This document shows, one piece after another, positions 49,716 to 63,300 of a stretch of 64,000 nt of DNA. Numbering within the stretch: the first letter of the stretch is position 1; every line of letters begins with the position of its first letter. The translations under genes were made by a program, and so were the position numbers. This DNA comes from Schmidtea polychroa. Taxonomy: Eukaryota. The stretch spans positions 52,950,001 to 53,014,000 of the forward strand of contig CM097885.1 in the NCBI GenBank assembly GCA_044892525.1. The letters run 5' to 3'. The notes under the pieces were generated by a model that saw only the letters and a program-made list of their open reading frames with translations, was not told the origin of the DNA and made no database searches.

Positions 49716-51339
49716 TTTACAGGTTGTTCTTTGCATTTAGATTTAATATGAGGCGATTCAGAATAAATGTTATTGAAGCTTTGTTTTTGATTAAATATAA
49801 TGTAAGGGTTTAGGCTAAGGTATACTTATGCCATTTGTGGTGTTATATGATAATTGAAAGGACGGTAGAGACAAATAATAATGGCGTTAGGAAGTATTAA
49901 AAAATTAATTAAGAATTTAATTTGATAAAGATATTGTCAAAATTAAAATCACTTAACATTTTATTTAATAAAATATAGTTAGGAAATTAAAAAAAATTTT
50001 AAATTTAAAAAATTATAAAAAAATATAATTTTAATTAATCTTAATTGTTAATAAGAATAAATGAATAATAATTTATTTTAATAATTTAATATTGAAAAAT
50101 AAATAAATAAAATTATTTTGAGAAGTATAAACCAAAAAACGAACTCCATTGAATTAATAAAAATGTTTAAATGATGTGAATAATATTTTTTTTAAATTTA
50201 TTTATTGAAATAAAGTGACTTAAATTAAATTTTTTGTTTAAATATTGCATGTTTATTTTTACTATTTGTTTTAATGAAATGTTTTTATAAATTTTTATTT
50301 TTGAATTTTATTTTTCATTAAAAATATTTATTCAATGAAAAAGCATAAAAATAAATTTTCACAGATAAAGTACATCTTTTTGTAATTAAAAAAGCTAAAA
50401 TTCATTCTATTCCATACACTAAGTCTGTGAAAATGTTGAAGATGTATTTTTTAACGAATCATTATGTAGAATTTGTGATCACTATAAAGTAATTTTGTTT
50501 TACTATATGAATAAATAAATATTAATAATCAATCATTTCTTGAAATCAAAGGCGGCAATATGAAAAAATTATAATATTACGTTATTTAAATATGAATTTT
50601 ACCTATCACTATGTATGAAAACATGAATTAAATAAGTTTGCTATTTATTAGTATAAGAAAAGAACTGCATTGCTCATTATATTAAAATAATTTTCCAATA
50701 TAAAGATCGTATTTGGGTGCTATCGAATACAAAGAATTTTTGATCACTAGCTTGGTAGCAATTTTTATTATAGGAATTATGTGGTGAGAGAAAATTTATT
50801 TCTCTGACCAAGTGAAAATCCTATAATAAAAGTGTTATCCAATGCAATAAGATTTTCAACACACAGACAAGTTGGTGCGTGACATATATTATATACTTTA
50901 TTGATTGTTTTTAATTATAGAAAATATAATTATATTTTGATAAAAAATTACAAATAAAATCCTTTGAAACAAAAATAATTTTTTATTGCAGCGTCTTTTC
51001 ATTGTAATTATTGCGACCCATCTACATTCTACATAAAATTATAGCTTTATTATATCTTTTGATAATGCATTTCGTAGTAAAATATAATCAAGTTTAATTT
51101 TATTCTGGACAGCGAAGAAGTCCTTGTATATTCTTTATAATCTATGTAAAACTCTGAAAAACTCACAAAATAAAAGAGAAACAACAAAAACATATTCCAA
51201 AATTCTCCCAGTGTTTTCCATGATATCTATGAAACTTTCTGTGTCATTAATTTATCATTTCATTACATTTTATTTTTTGAATTATTCTATAAAAATAAAC
51301 AAAGAAAATAGAAAATTAAAATGCATTATATTTTATTAA

Positions 51340-51531
51340 TTATTCATTTATGGTTGATTGCTCAGTTACTATAGTAGTAAAGGTCCCTGTACTCGATTCA
51401 CATGAGTTCATGCACATTTCGTTTGTCCTAGAACATTCAGCAACGCAAGAACTTTCTCCCTCCTCCTCACCATTTGAGGTGCATTGACTACATAACCCAA
51501 ATATAAAAGCGATTAAAAATAATACAATCAT
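51340..51531 (-). CDS. Small Cys-rich putative secreted peptide
   Basis: Hydrophobic N-terminus, C-x3-C-x6-C-x3-C, and a TTTTAG acceptor immediately before the ATG. Confidence 0.4.
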   Translation of the reverse strand: MIVLFLIAFIFGLCSQCTSNGEEEGESSCVAECSRTNEMCMNSCESSTGTFTTIVTEQSTINE

Positions 51532-51569
51532 CTAAAATATACAATAATAACAATAATAACAATAATAAC

Positions 51570-51620
<51 letters not shown>

Positions 51621-52032
51621 TGTTTTCGTCTAAAACAAATCAAAAGAATTTTTTTTTAATTGATCGCATGACATTTCAAACATTCGTTATCTTCCATATT
51701 TCAAATTTCACTTTCAGAATACAAGTCACTTGATTTAACCAAACAAAAACTATTTCTAGAAATACAATCAATTCCTAGACTTCAAATCAAAATTATAAAT
51801 CAATTCTAAATTTACAATCCGCAAATTCAAAATACCCACACAATTCACCAGTTCAAACAAAAGATTCCTTCCAGAGAACTGGATAATTGTTCCATTTACA
51901 TTTTCAATTCTATTGCTCGCGTCTGTGTGTGCACATCTATATTACCATAATTCTGCACACAGACGCGAGGACATTCAACAAACTAACTGCCAGTCAGAGG
52001 TAAATGTTATTCCCCTCTGACTGGTCGAAACA

Positions 52033-52195
<163 letters not shown>

Positions 52196-52483
52196 TAATT
52201 GAATTAATAAATACCTACGGATTTATTCATGATTTTTCAAAATGTCAAAATTCCGGTTATTGTTCCTATTTATATAAACAATGAGAGCAAACATTATTGA
52301 GTAATAAATCGTCCTAGAAGTCCTTATCGTCCAGCTGGGACATTTTGCATTCATTAAATACTAAATTCTTTAAATACAAAATTATTCCAATAAATTTGTA
52401 TTTGAATAGTACTAAATTAATAAAAATTAAATAATATTTCTTACTTCATATTTGATTAATTGATTTTCTATATTTGGTTTATA

Positions 52484-53725
52484 TTATACCAAAACAGTAC
52501 GAGTAAATGTAATTTGAATTTCTTTTTCAAAAACTCCATATACAATTACAGAAACCGCTTCAGGAAGTGAAGATGCCCATTTAATATCTAATCGTAAATT
52601 TCCACTTTGTGGTAACTGACTTTGATGAAGATCAAAATCGGGTGCCAATACAAATGTAAAGAATGGATACTTGTTCTTAAAATCGGACATGGTATTACCA
52701 CAATTCATATTTTTATTTAGATATCCCATATTTCTAACAATCGATTGCATATAACTTCTACTATAATCATCTTTCTCAAAATCTTGACTATATTTTTCAC
52801 GATAATCACTTCCTTTGCTTAAAGTTATGGACTTGACATTAAAGTGATCAAATATAGAAAATGTTTCTGAAAACGATCCACTAAATCTTTTACTAGATTG
52901 AAATGCAACAAGTATAAAATTAGGTAATCGTCTATCTCCAAATATTTGTTCTTTATAAAAAGAGGAAGAACCAATAGGCAACGAGAAATCAACAATTTCT
53001 TTGCTTCTTAAAGAATAAATTGCATTTTTTGTAGACAGGCCAATTTGATGTCCTGCCAAAACCGATGGTTCAACACGAACTCTTCTAACCATTAATTTTG
53101 CATCTAATAATACAATTTTCGGTTCAATTTTCGCACAAGTTAAACTATGTGTTGCATTTGATCTTGTTAATTTCATTTGAATTTATTTATTTGAATTTAT
53201 TTGAATTTTAATTTTACCTGGTAGTAAATATTTAGGTTGATCAAAGAAATCAAATTGAAGTGGGGAACATAAAGAAAAGGATTTTGGTTTTTCAATTCAT
53301 GTTTTTCTCGTAAGATCTTTGTTAGTATACCCCATTCTACCTAAAGATGTTCGTTTACTATCTCCTTCATAATTTATAAGTGTTTCAATTAATGCTTTGT
53401 GGGCAAATCTATCATTTGATCCTTCAACTTTGATTGAATTAAAAATTAATTCAACATCTTTAAAAAGGGTTTGGAAGAAGAAATTATTTGGAATTACTTC
53501 TGATTCACCTAAATTATTAACAACTTTCAATTGAATATATAACAAAGTATCATTCAAATCTAAATATTCAGTTTGCGATCCGTTTATGTAAAATCGAATC
53601 GAAGAAGAACCAGCATCTGTAATTGAATTTCTTCGGTATATATCTCCAAATGCTCCATGTTCAATCACTGCTTGAGGAGAAGGTCTATCAAAAAGACATA
53701 ATTCTGATTTAGCGCTAATCTTTTT
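52484..53725 (-). pseudogene. Pol-D major capsid protein
   Basis: YINGSQTEYLDLNDTLL, FYKEQIFGDRRLPNF and GNLRLDIK in split ORFs. Confidence 0.9.
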
Positions 53726-54125
53726 TCAAAGATGGTATCATATCCTTTCATTCTTTTGTTTATATGCTTCTTCATAATTTTTCGTCGTTTAAGTGTTCCA
53801 CCTTTTGTTCTTTTTGCTCTTTATCATTTTTAAATACATCGGATACTTTATTAATTACTTCAGGTAAATGTTGCATCACAGCAGGTAATGATTCTTTAAT
53901 TTCAGAAATTGTATTTGATTTTCAAGCAGGCAAGATATTTGAATTATTATTTATTACGTCATTAGCTGTTTTCATACCAAAATTTTCTATTCGTCTAAGA
54001 ATTGGGAGTGCAAATCTACCTATTGTCTTCAGCCAACCGGTTCCATATTGTTTACCAACAAAATATGGTAAATCACCACCCGATTGGTTACTACTATAAA
54101 AATGTATTATGTCAGGATTACTCAT
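53720..54125 (-). pseudogene. Pol-D core/cement precursor
   Basis: QSGGDLPYFVGKQYGTGWLKTIGRFALPILR. Confidence 0.8.
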
Positions 54126-55102
54126 TTATTTTACGAAAATGTATGTTTTATCTTCTTTTCCAAATATGTATTTTTCACTATCATCTCGTATATTGATTTC
54201 TATATTGTTTATATATGAAGACAATACCGCCAAGTACATTGGATTCTTTTCAATTATTTGTACTAAATCATCTTTTTTATGTTTTTCCACTCAAATGCAT
54301 TTCAAAAGAGGAACCATTGTATCACCAACAATAATTGGTTCGATAATATTTGTATAGATCATCAATTGTTGATTGCGTTGTAATATTTCAGGTTCTTTAA
54401 AACGAATAATATTTTTGTCAGTATATGCTTCTTCTAATTTTCTATTAGCTAAATATTTACTAAAATGAACTTTACTGACATCATCGTCCATTACAATTTT
54501 AACGATTTTTCCTTTTTGAATATCAACAGATTTAAATGGACGAGGATAAAAGGTTGATATTTGATCATTTGTTTGTGAAAGATCTTTAATGATTTTTTCT
54601 TCAAATGTATCGGTAAACTCAACATCGTAATAATATTGTATAGTTAATCGAATTGTATCAAACTTTATTTTTTGATTATTTGGAGGAATAGTGATTTGAT
54701 TCAAGTTTTCTTTAAAATCAATTTCTTTTTCTGAAAATCTTAATTCTTTAATACTATCGAATTCTACTTTAAAAGGAAAATATTTACAATTAATGTTCAA
54801 TGTATTTCCATCAATATATATTAAATAAAATGGAGAGTCGTGACTGATTGTATATTCATTTTTTTCTTGGTTAAAGTAAAAGTATTCATAACTTGTATGT
54901 AATACACTTTTACTGTATTTGACATTTGAATTATTATAAAAAGGAAAATAATTATACACAAAGGTAAAGTCCATGAGAGCTACTTCTCATCCAAGTAAAT
55001 AGGATTTTGAAATTCAACATTAAATTTACTAGCTTCATTATTTTGATGAACCTGAGAACAACTATTAGAAGGCAAATTCACATAAAAATCTTTTTTAATC
55101 AT
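54126..55102 (-). pseudogene. Pol-D penton paralog 2
   Basis: DFYVNLPSNS..EASKFNVEFQN, MDFTFVYN, IYTNIIEPIIVGD. Confidence 0.85.
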
Positions 55103-56078
55103 TTATTTTACGAAAATGTAATGTCATGTGCGTTTTTGTATCTTTACTAAATTTTATTAATTTTCCACTATCGTCACGTATATTGATTTCAATGTTGTTT
55201 ATAGAAGAATTAGAAATTGGTAGATACATTGAATTCTTCATTTCAAATTGCACAATTTCTCCTTGTTCATATTTTTTTATCCAAATAGATTTCAATAAAG
55301 GAACTCTTACATCTCCAACAGACAATGGTTCGATAATATTTGAGTAAATAAACATTTGTTGATGATGATTAAATAATTTTGGAATTATTGAACCAATAAT
55401 TTCTTTCTCTGTAAATGTTTGTTTCTTTAATCGTAATGTTTTTGTTAAATTTTTATCAAAGGTTATTGATGAAATGTTATCAGCAAGACTTATTTTGACC
55501 AATTCATTATTTTGTATTTTAAAATCTTTAAAGGGAGACGGATTAATTAACTGACCATGTATTTCAGATAAAGTATTGATGTATAATTCATCTTCGAAAT
55601 AATGTTCAAATTTTGTTTTTTCAACAACACTTATAATTATACCAAATTGATCAATTGTTTTATCTTCTGTAAATTTTGGTAATACTGATTTTAATCCAAA
55701 TTTAATAGCATGTTCAAAATCTGGAAACGTTATTTTAAATGGAACATGTGGACAAACAACAACCAAAATCTCATATCTTTCAATGAACATGTCAACTTCA
55801 GGAGCATTTGTAGGATTTATTACTTCAAAGGTTCAATTTGAATTATTTATTCTAAAATATTTAATTTCTTCATCCATCTTTACTTTTTCACATTTTATCA
55901 ATGAATTACTGTAATAAGGAAAAGTATTATACACAAAGGTAAAGTCCATGAGAGCTACTTCCCATTCACCATCCAAGTAAATATGATTTTGAAATTCGAC
56001 ATTAAATTTACTAGCTTCATTATCAGGGAAAATAAGAGGACAACTATTACAAGGTAAAATAATATAAAAATCTTTCAT
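55095..56078 (-). pseudogene. Pol-D penton paralog 1 (in-frame TGA at 55833-55835)
   Basis: DFYIILPCNS, WEVAL, IYSNIIEP, IEINIRDDSG, TLHFRK. Confidence 0.88.
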
Positions 56079-56083
56079 AATAT

Positions 56084-57120
56084 TTATTTAATCAATTGAT
56101 TTTCGAATATCCAAGTTGGAGTTTCATATCCATGCCATTTAACATAGTATTGTTTATATTTACCATCTTTTTTGGTTTTTAAAATCTTTTGAATTCTAAA
56201 TATTGTAGAAGCAGGAATAACTTGGAGTTCTTGTTCATAGAATTTACCAGTGATTGGTTTGTTTTCATGATCAACTATCACATACATGACAGGATTCTGT
56301 TTTGTATCGATTTTCTAAATTTGATATACTTCATCACTCCAATTATTATCAAAGTTTTTGATGAATGGTGAAGAATTGATTTTACTAATTCTTACATGAT
56401 CACCAACCTTGTATTTTGGTTTATTGATTTTTTCTATCTTTGTTTGCTTTTTAGTAAAATTAACAGGTGTTTGTCCTTTTAATCCTCTATGTGGTGAATG
56501 ATTGTAACTGAAAATAATTTTTGGCAAAACATTTATCCAAGTTTTATTACCTTGATATACAAAATATTTTTTCAATCGTTCTCTTAAAGTTCGATTAAAT
56601 CGTTCTACATGAGCAGCTTTGAACTGAGAAAATACTGATTAGAGGTTTATTCCTTTGATAACCTCTTTAACTTTGCTGTTATAAAATTCTTTACCTAAAT
56701 TACATATTTAAAAATTAATTAATTAAATTTAATTATCTAAATCCGTTTGTAAATTAATAGGTTTACCATCTGCAAACATTTCTTTTATCGCATCAGCCAT
56801 TTCATTTGCAGATTTAGTTTTTATAGGAACAGCACGAGCATATCTATTAAAAACATCAATACAAGTCAGAATATATTAGTACCCCTTGTTAATTTTTGAA
56901 TAAGGTATCATTTCCATCAAATCCATTTGCCATACATCATTGTTTCCAATTGTTTTGTATGGTCTTGTTGGAAATCGTTTCAACATTGGTTCATTTAAAC
57001 CATATGCTAATTGATTAGATAACCATTTCTGCGTTTCTTTCTTTGAATTATTTACTCGTTTTGTTAATTTTTCTACACCAGCAAAACCATCTGGATCTTT
57101 TGGGTTTGTCCATATTGTTT
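56084..57120 (-). pseudogene. Pol-D integrase with chromodomain
   Basis: WQMDL, QTDL|GKEFYN with intron remnant 56695-56736, VERFNRTL, YYVKWHGY. Confidence 0.9.
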
Positions 57121-57755
57121 TGAACTTTTCTCTTTACTTTTCACTTTTTTCATTTTTGTTTTGTGATATGTTTCCTTCATTATTACAACAAGTTGTCAAA
57201 ATATTAAAATCTACAATATTTTTATTTGGTAATGAACTCTTTATAGCCATTAAGAACTTAATGATGAGATTGCACTAATTGCAGATAAGACTATAGGAAT
57301 TAATGCACCCAAGAACCCTCTTTTTGTTTATATATTATCCTTCTCATTAGACGACGATTTTTTGTATCAACTAGAAATAAAAGTGATTTTTTATGTCTTT
57401 GCAATACTAATCTTTTAGCTTTAGTTATATTTACATTACCACGGACAACATTTATAATAACTTCAAGCAAATCATCAATAACAAATTATGGAAAAGACTG
57501 TAAAATCGATATTCGTTTCGAATTTGATGCCGTTATTAAAGCATTAAAATATGTTAAACTCCGTTCAAATTTCATTATTATTATTAATTAACGCGACGGA
57601 TTGTTTATAATTTGATCCACTTCTTGATTTGTTTCTTAGTTTTTGTACTTTTTGTTTTCTTTGTACGTTTTGTTTTCTTGGTAATTTTTTTCGAAACACT
57701 TAGAAGATTTTTAACAACTAATTTTTTAAATGACATGATTAATTAAATTAACTTT

Positions 57756-58385
57756 TCAGTTTTGTTTATAAATCGTAACACCGTTTATATTAAAAATATC
57801 TGTTCTAATACGCATATCATCTGGACATTGTTGTGTAAAATCAAAAACTAAATATCCATGAGGAATTTTTGTCGCATCTTGGAATGAATCAATCAAAAAT
57901 TTTCTATTATTTGGATAAGCTTGTCTTGCAAGAAAATCTATTATTGTTTGATCTCTAGGATTTTTGAAAATAATTAAATATTGGACATTTAAATTAAGTG
58001 TTCTATGACTTCCACTTTGATGAAAAAGATTTTGTGTAATGAAAATAACTGTAACTCCGCAATGTCTACTACTACTGATTTTTGTAAATAAATTATTAAA
58101 ATCTTTTTCTTTATTTGCTTCCTGGTACAGATCATCGATAATAATAACATCACCTTGGCGTAATCTAGATGACCAATTTTTATCAAATCCTTTAATTATT
58201 GTCATTTTTAATTTACAGAAACTGATTTGAGTCAATCCATGCTCTTCATCTGCACCTCGATGCCAATATATTTTGTTAAATTTTGATTTAAACATGTTTG
58301 ATTGTAATAAATTACATACAAATAAAGTTTTCCCGCTTCCACTAGGTCCTACAATTTGATATACCGCGTCATTTCTTAAATCCAT
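57756..58385 (-). CDS. Pol-D packaging ATPase
   Basis: 209 aa; GPSGSGKT, IIIDDL, ITQNLF, FKNPRD. Confidence 0.92.
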   Translation of the reverse strand: MDLRNDAVYQIVGPSGSGKTLFVCNLLQSNMFKSKFNKIYWHRGADEEHGLTQISFCKLKMTIIKGFDKNWSSRLRQGDVIIIDDLYQEANKEKDFNNLFTKISSSRHCGVTVIFITQNLFHQSGSHRTLNLNVQYLIIFKNPRDQTIIDFLARQAYPNNRKFLIDSFQDATKIPHGYLVFDFTQQCPDDMRIRTDIFNINGVTIYKQN

Positions 58386-58433
58386 TTTAATTAAATTATT
58401 TAATTTAATTTGTTTATAATTCCAATAATTAGA

Positions 58434-58600
58434 ATGATTAGCAACATTAATTATAGAGGAAGATGCGTAGTAAATGAAATGAAGTTCCTATCAGGAAAAC
58501 CTCAACATGTTGTGGACAGAAGTAGAAAATATCCAATTTTATTCTTCAAGAGCGGGAAATTTAGGATAATGGGATGTAAGAAACCATTACAAGAAGGTGA
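58434..58600 (+). pseudogene. TBP-like gene copy 3, truncated by the satellite array
   Basis: MISNINYRG...GKPQHVVDRSRKYPILFFKSGKFRIMGCKKPL. Confidence 0.85.
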
Positions 58601-58604
58601 TGAT

Positions 58605-59390
58605 GTAAAAATTGAATTACAGTAAATTATGGGCTCAATTTCAAAATTAAAGTAAATTATGGTCTAAATTGTTAAATTAAAGTAAATTAAAGGTCTAAAA
58701 ATTGAATTAAAGTAAATTAAGGGTCTTAAATTTTAAAATTAAAGCAAATTATGGATTCAAATAGGTAAATTAAGGTCTAAATTTTAAATTAAAGTAATCA
58801 ATGGGCTCAAATAAGTAAAGTAAATAATGATCTAAAAATTGAATTACAGTAAATTATGAGCTGAAATTTAAATTAAAGTAAATTAAGGGTCTAAAAATTG
58901 AATTAAAGTAAATTATGACCAAGTTAATTAAGATAAATAGGTAAATTAAGGGCTAATTTTCAAAATTAAGTAATCAATGATTTAGAATTTTAAATAAGTA
59001 AATTAAACATTTTAAATTAAAGTAAGATTTTTAAATTTATTAACAAAAGCTTTGAATAACCAACAGCTTTTAAGCAATAAAAATGTTAGATTGAAATTTT
59101 TATGAAATATTTTTCAATGTTAATGCAAATCTTTGTGAATTAATAAATGACAACATTAAATTATTGGTTAAGTATGTAAATAAGGGTTAAATTTGGCTGT
59201 TAAGTAAATTATGGTGTAAAATGAAGTAATAAAGGATAAATAGGTAAATTAAGGATAATTAACAAATTATGGGTTCAAATTTTTTAATTAAAGTAAATCA
59301 ATGGATATATTTGGTAAACAAGGGTTAAATGAAGTAATCAAAAAATCAAAAGTAAATTAAAGTTAAAAATTTTAAATAAATAGTTAAACA
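58605..59390. repeat. AATTAAAGTAAATTATGG satellite-like array
   Basis: Same family and orientation as 19820-20340, including the shared AAGTAAGATTTT..ATTTATTAACAAAA end. Confidence 0.85.
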
Positions 59391-59404
59391 TACATGGCGA
59401 TGAT

Positions 59405-61590
59405 TTATTTATAAGATAACGCCAATCAAACATTCTTTTCACGATTAATTTCGTCAGTTTTCCTGTCATCATCAGGTGGGATATAATAACTCATTAAATT
59501 AAGGATTTTAAACAAATTTAATTATATATAAAAAAAATTTTTCATTTTATAAAAAATATATTAATTTTTGAAAATTTTAACATTTAAAATTTAATTTAAT
59601 AATTTAAAAAATTTTTATTAATTATTTAATTTAACACAACAATCAATACATACAATACACAAAAGCTTATTTAAAACCATCAACACACAAGTATTTACTG
59701 CATTCTGCACATTAATTTTCGGATTCAATGATTTTATCAACAACGCCTCACAAATCACACGTTCCCAATAATTATCGAAATTTTTTAATAAAATTTTAAA
59801 ATCAGACATACTATTTTAATCTTACAGCCCTTATTGTGCTCACCAATATGGGTCAAAGCCTTCGGTCTACAATGTTCTCGAGCTCGAATACAGAAATGAC
59901 AGGAAGTCTCTCCAATGTATGTCGCATTACACCCATTACATGTAAACTGATAAAAGAGATCGGAACACAATTCAACCGGAGTTTTTGACTTATTAATAAA
60001 CATATTGCGTACTTTCCATGAAGTTGACACTATCCTATAGTTTAAATTCCCTAACTGCTTTCTTATCTTCACTTTATAATCCTTAAAACCTTCTGAGTAC
60101 GGCAATACTAACACAAATTTAGGCTCATCATCCTTACTCACACACCTCAACAAAATCACACCCAGATTGTAACTCATCAGACTCACACATCTCAACAAGA
60201 TCACACCCAAATTTTCTAAAACATGGATCCTTAGGATTTTTAATAAATTTGTCAACAGTCTCTTTCACCATAATTACTAAAAAGGATTTTGAATAACCGT
60301 TCTTCATTAACAATTCAACCAATATGTCAACACTTTTTACTGAATTTTTAAAAGTAGAAGACAAAGACCATGCACGATAAATCAACCCCTTCACCACATT
60401 TCTTTTATACTTGAATTTACAAAAACTTTCGGAAGAAGTATAGAGACCAGTATCATTTGGTTTTCTATAAATCTCTGTCTCATAGTGTTTCTCTTTGCGT
60501 TGTATTAACAGATCCAAGAAAGCAAGCGATGATATTTTCTACGTTTCACACGTGAATACAATGTTTTTATGTAGACTATTCATATAATGCAAAAACGGGT
60601 CAACATGCCTCTGATTTTCAAATATAAGAAAAATATCATCTACATACCGTTTATAAACAGTGGGTTTCATACCTTGGAAAGATGCAATTTTCTTTTCTAA
60701 GCTTGTTAAAAAAATTGAAGCCATCGTTGGTGCTAAAGGAGAACCCATAGCAACTTCATCTATTTGTTGATACCATTCATTATTGAAAAGAAAATTGATT
60801 TTTGAAGTTGCAAATACAAGAAGTTCACGAAATGCTGTTCTATCCAATATGATGTTCAGAAATATTTTCATTCCATAACAACCAACATAATTCAATTGTT
60901 TCAACCAATGGTACATTAGTAAACAGACTACAAACATCAAACGAAACCATAATTTCATCCATACTTTGTCTATCATATTGTGCAATGCAGGAAACAAATT
61001 CAAAACTATCTTTACATTCAAATTCTGATCGTATTAACGGTTTCAATAATCCATCCAAAAATTTGGCTATATAAAATGGATAAAACAGGTCTCATAGGCA
61101 CGCTATCTTTATGAATTTTTGGAAGCCCATACATTTTTGCTGGTTGTGATCCCATTGGGCGAATAGATTTAAACAACTTTTCATCAATTTGCTTATTTTT
61201 AATTAATTTATTCAGTATTTCTTTCAACAAATTCTCATCCTTAAGAGGAGGCTGTATTCCAATTTTGATAAAATCATTGAATCCGAAAATTAATGTGCAG
61301 AATGAAGTAAATACTTGTGTGTTGATGTTTTTAAATAAGCTTTTGTGTATTGTATGTATTGATTGTTGTGTTAAATTAAATAATTAATAAAAATTTTTTA
61401 AATTATTAAATTAAATTTTAAATGTTAAAATTTTCAAAAAATAATTTTTTTTTATAAAATGAAAAAAAGTTTTTATATATAACTAAATTTGTTTAAAATC
61501 CTTAAATTAATGAGTTATTATATCCCACCTGATAATGACAGGAAAATTAATCGTGAAAAGAATGTTTGATTGGCGTTATCTCATAATAAA
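59405..61590 (-). mobile_element. 5'-truncated Penelope-like retroelement with inverted pseudo-LTR
   Basis: RT motifs (YGLPKIHK, SFDVCSLFTNVP, AMGSPLAP, RYVDDIF) and GIY-YIG (YQFTCNGCNATYIGET). ~59408-59740 is inverted at ~61265-61590. Confidence 0.92.
59438..59480 (-). ncRNA. Minimal type I hammerhead ribozyme in the Penelope pLTR
   Basis: CAC-CTGATGA-TGACAGGAAAACTGAC-GAAA-TTAA-TC-GTG: conserved core with palindromic stem III. Confidence 0.75.
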
Positions 61591-62403
61591 AAATTTTAAA
61601 TTAAAATAATATTTTAAAATTAAATTAATGTAATAAGTAAATTAAAAATTAGATTGGTTTTCGAAATTTTTGGATTCTATATTGCATTATAGTTTTTTCA
61701 CCTTCTGAATATTTATTTTAATCGGATTTATTTATTTTTTGCTTCTCGATTTACGATTTTTAATATAAATTTATCGATATATACAATCAACCGCATTATT
61801 TTCTAGTTATTATTCAATACTTTGCTTACCGTGAGTATTGTTTAGTCTGAAATGAAAGAATTTGTACAAGTTAGTCTCGCTGCATACTCAGAAAATGTAT
61901 AAAAACCAAAACACTTCCATAAAATTAGAACTATTTTACATAATAAAATCATGTTGAATCTCGCAAATTGTCCATATATTGTAAACATCCGTATAGAATG
62001 CAATATCTTAATCTGAAATCCAACAATAGCAATTAACCTTGATACATTTTATTTATTACATTTATGATTTAAATGACGAGAGATTTATTCAGTTTCATTT
62101 ATAAAAGCATATTGATTACAAGAATATCCCAAAAACCTTTGTTAATTTGGTGTCCGGAAGAAAATAAAAATTCTCTCCGCAAACCTAGCAAAATAAACAA
62201 TGGCAAACAATGCCGTCATAAATAACAACCAATAAAACTCGATAAATGGGGACCAATCACAAAATTCAACAATAAACCAATCAAATCAAACAGCAAGCCG
62301 TTTACAATTATCATTCAAAACCAAATGAAATCTATTTATAATTATTTATAATTAAACAAAACCGATAAAACTCAATTCTAATATAAAGAAAACATCGATA
62401 AAT

Positions 62404-63300
62404 TTATTTCCAACGTTTCGGAGTTTGCGCAATGCCTTTTCTGGATGATTTTTGTGTGCTGGAGGGAGTGGCAAAATCGAATTTCTTTCGATCGCTCATA
62501 TTCTGTTTCGCTTTTACTGAATTCGTAACGTTGGGGATTTTCTTAGTCGACTGGGGAGTTTCACAAGCCAATGAAATGCTGAGAACTTTTTTACGGATTT
62601 CACAGAATTCTCGAATGTTTTTCTCCAATGAAACGTTCGACTGATTACTAGTGAGAGGAATCAACGGTGTTTCTGACTGGTTTTGCTCAATTTCTTTCTC
62701 GCGTTCGGCTCGTCTAGCTAGAAATGCTGCTCGAATGTCTGGTGAATATGTAGATTTTTTGGGGGGATCGCTTGGAGTTTCTGGTTTGACTACCGGCGTA
62801 ACTTGCTCGATTGATTGATTGGATTTTACCGGATTGACATTTTTAAAATTTTCTGACGCAAATTTTTTCAATCGTTCCTCGAATGATTTGGCCATTTCAT
62901 TAAAATCTTGAGTTTTGATAAATTTTTCCGGGGACTTTTCTGTAAGTTTCTTTTCAGTTTCAACTTTACGACGATTTAAGCATCGCACAAGACTCGAATC
63001 TGGTGATAGATTGAACGAAACTTTTTTGTCTGGAGTGAAAAACTGACAATTTTTCGTTTCGGTTCGGATAGAACTTTTAGATTTTGTTTTTATATTTTCT
63101 TTCTGATTCGGTGTCGATTGTATATAAGAACACTTGGTTCGTATTTTTGGAGAGGAGTAATTTTGATTAGATGCATAATTTATTGGAGATAATTTAGAAA
63201 AATCCATTAGATTTGGCTTGGATCGCATATTTCTTTTGACAGATGGCATTGGGGAGACAAAGTTAAAATTTGTCAAATCTTTCCCTTCAAATTTCTTTAA
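62404..63300 (-). CDS. Probable last exon of a host gene, S/T/P/K-rich disordered protein
   Basis: 290-codon open frame with many SP/TP sites; a TTTTAAAG acceptor near 63297 and further exon-like segments to ~63830. Confidence 0.6.
   Translation of the reverse strand, partial: LKKFEGKDLTNFNFVSPMPSVKRNMRSKPNLMDFSKLSPINYASNQNYSSPKIRTKCSYIQSTPNQKENIKTKSKSSIRTETKNCQFFTPDKKVSFNLSPDSSLVRCLNRRKVETEKKLTEKSPEKFIKTQDFNEMAKSFEERLKKFASENFKNVNPVKSNQSIEQVTPVVKPETPSDPPKKSTYSPDIRAAFLARRAEREKEIEQNQSETPLIPLTSNQSNVSLEKNIREFCEIRKKVLSISLACETPQSTKKIPNVTNSVKAKQNMSDRKKFDFATPSSTQKSSRKGIAQTPKRWK

Larger units (their letters stand above)
52330..58600. mobile_element. Pol-D: decayed Pol-B-family structural module (protease start, MCP, core, two pentons, integrase, basic core, ATPase, TBP-like)
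   Basis: Same gene order and orientation as Pol-B 36583-42505; many stops and frameshifts; no termini seen. Confidence 0.92.
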
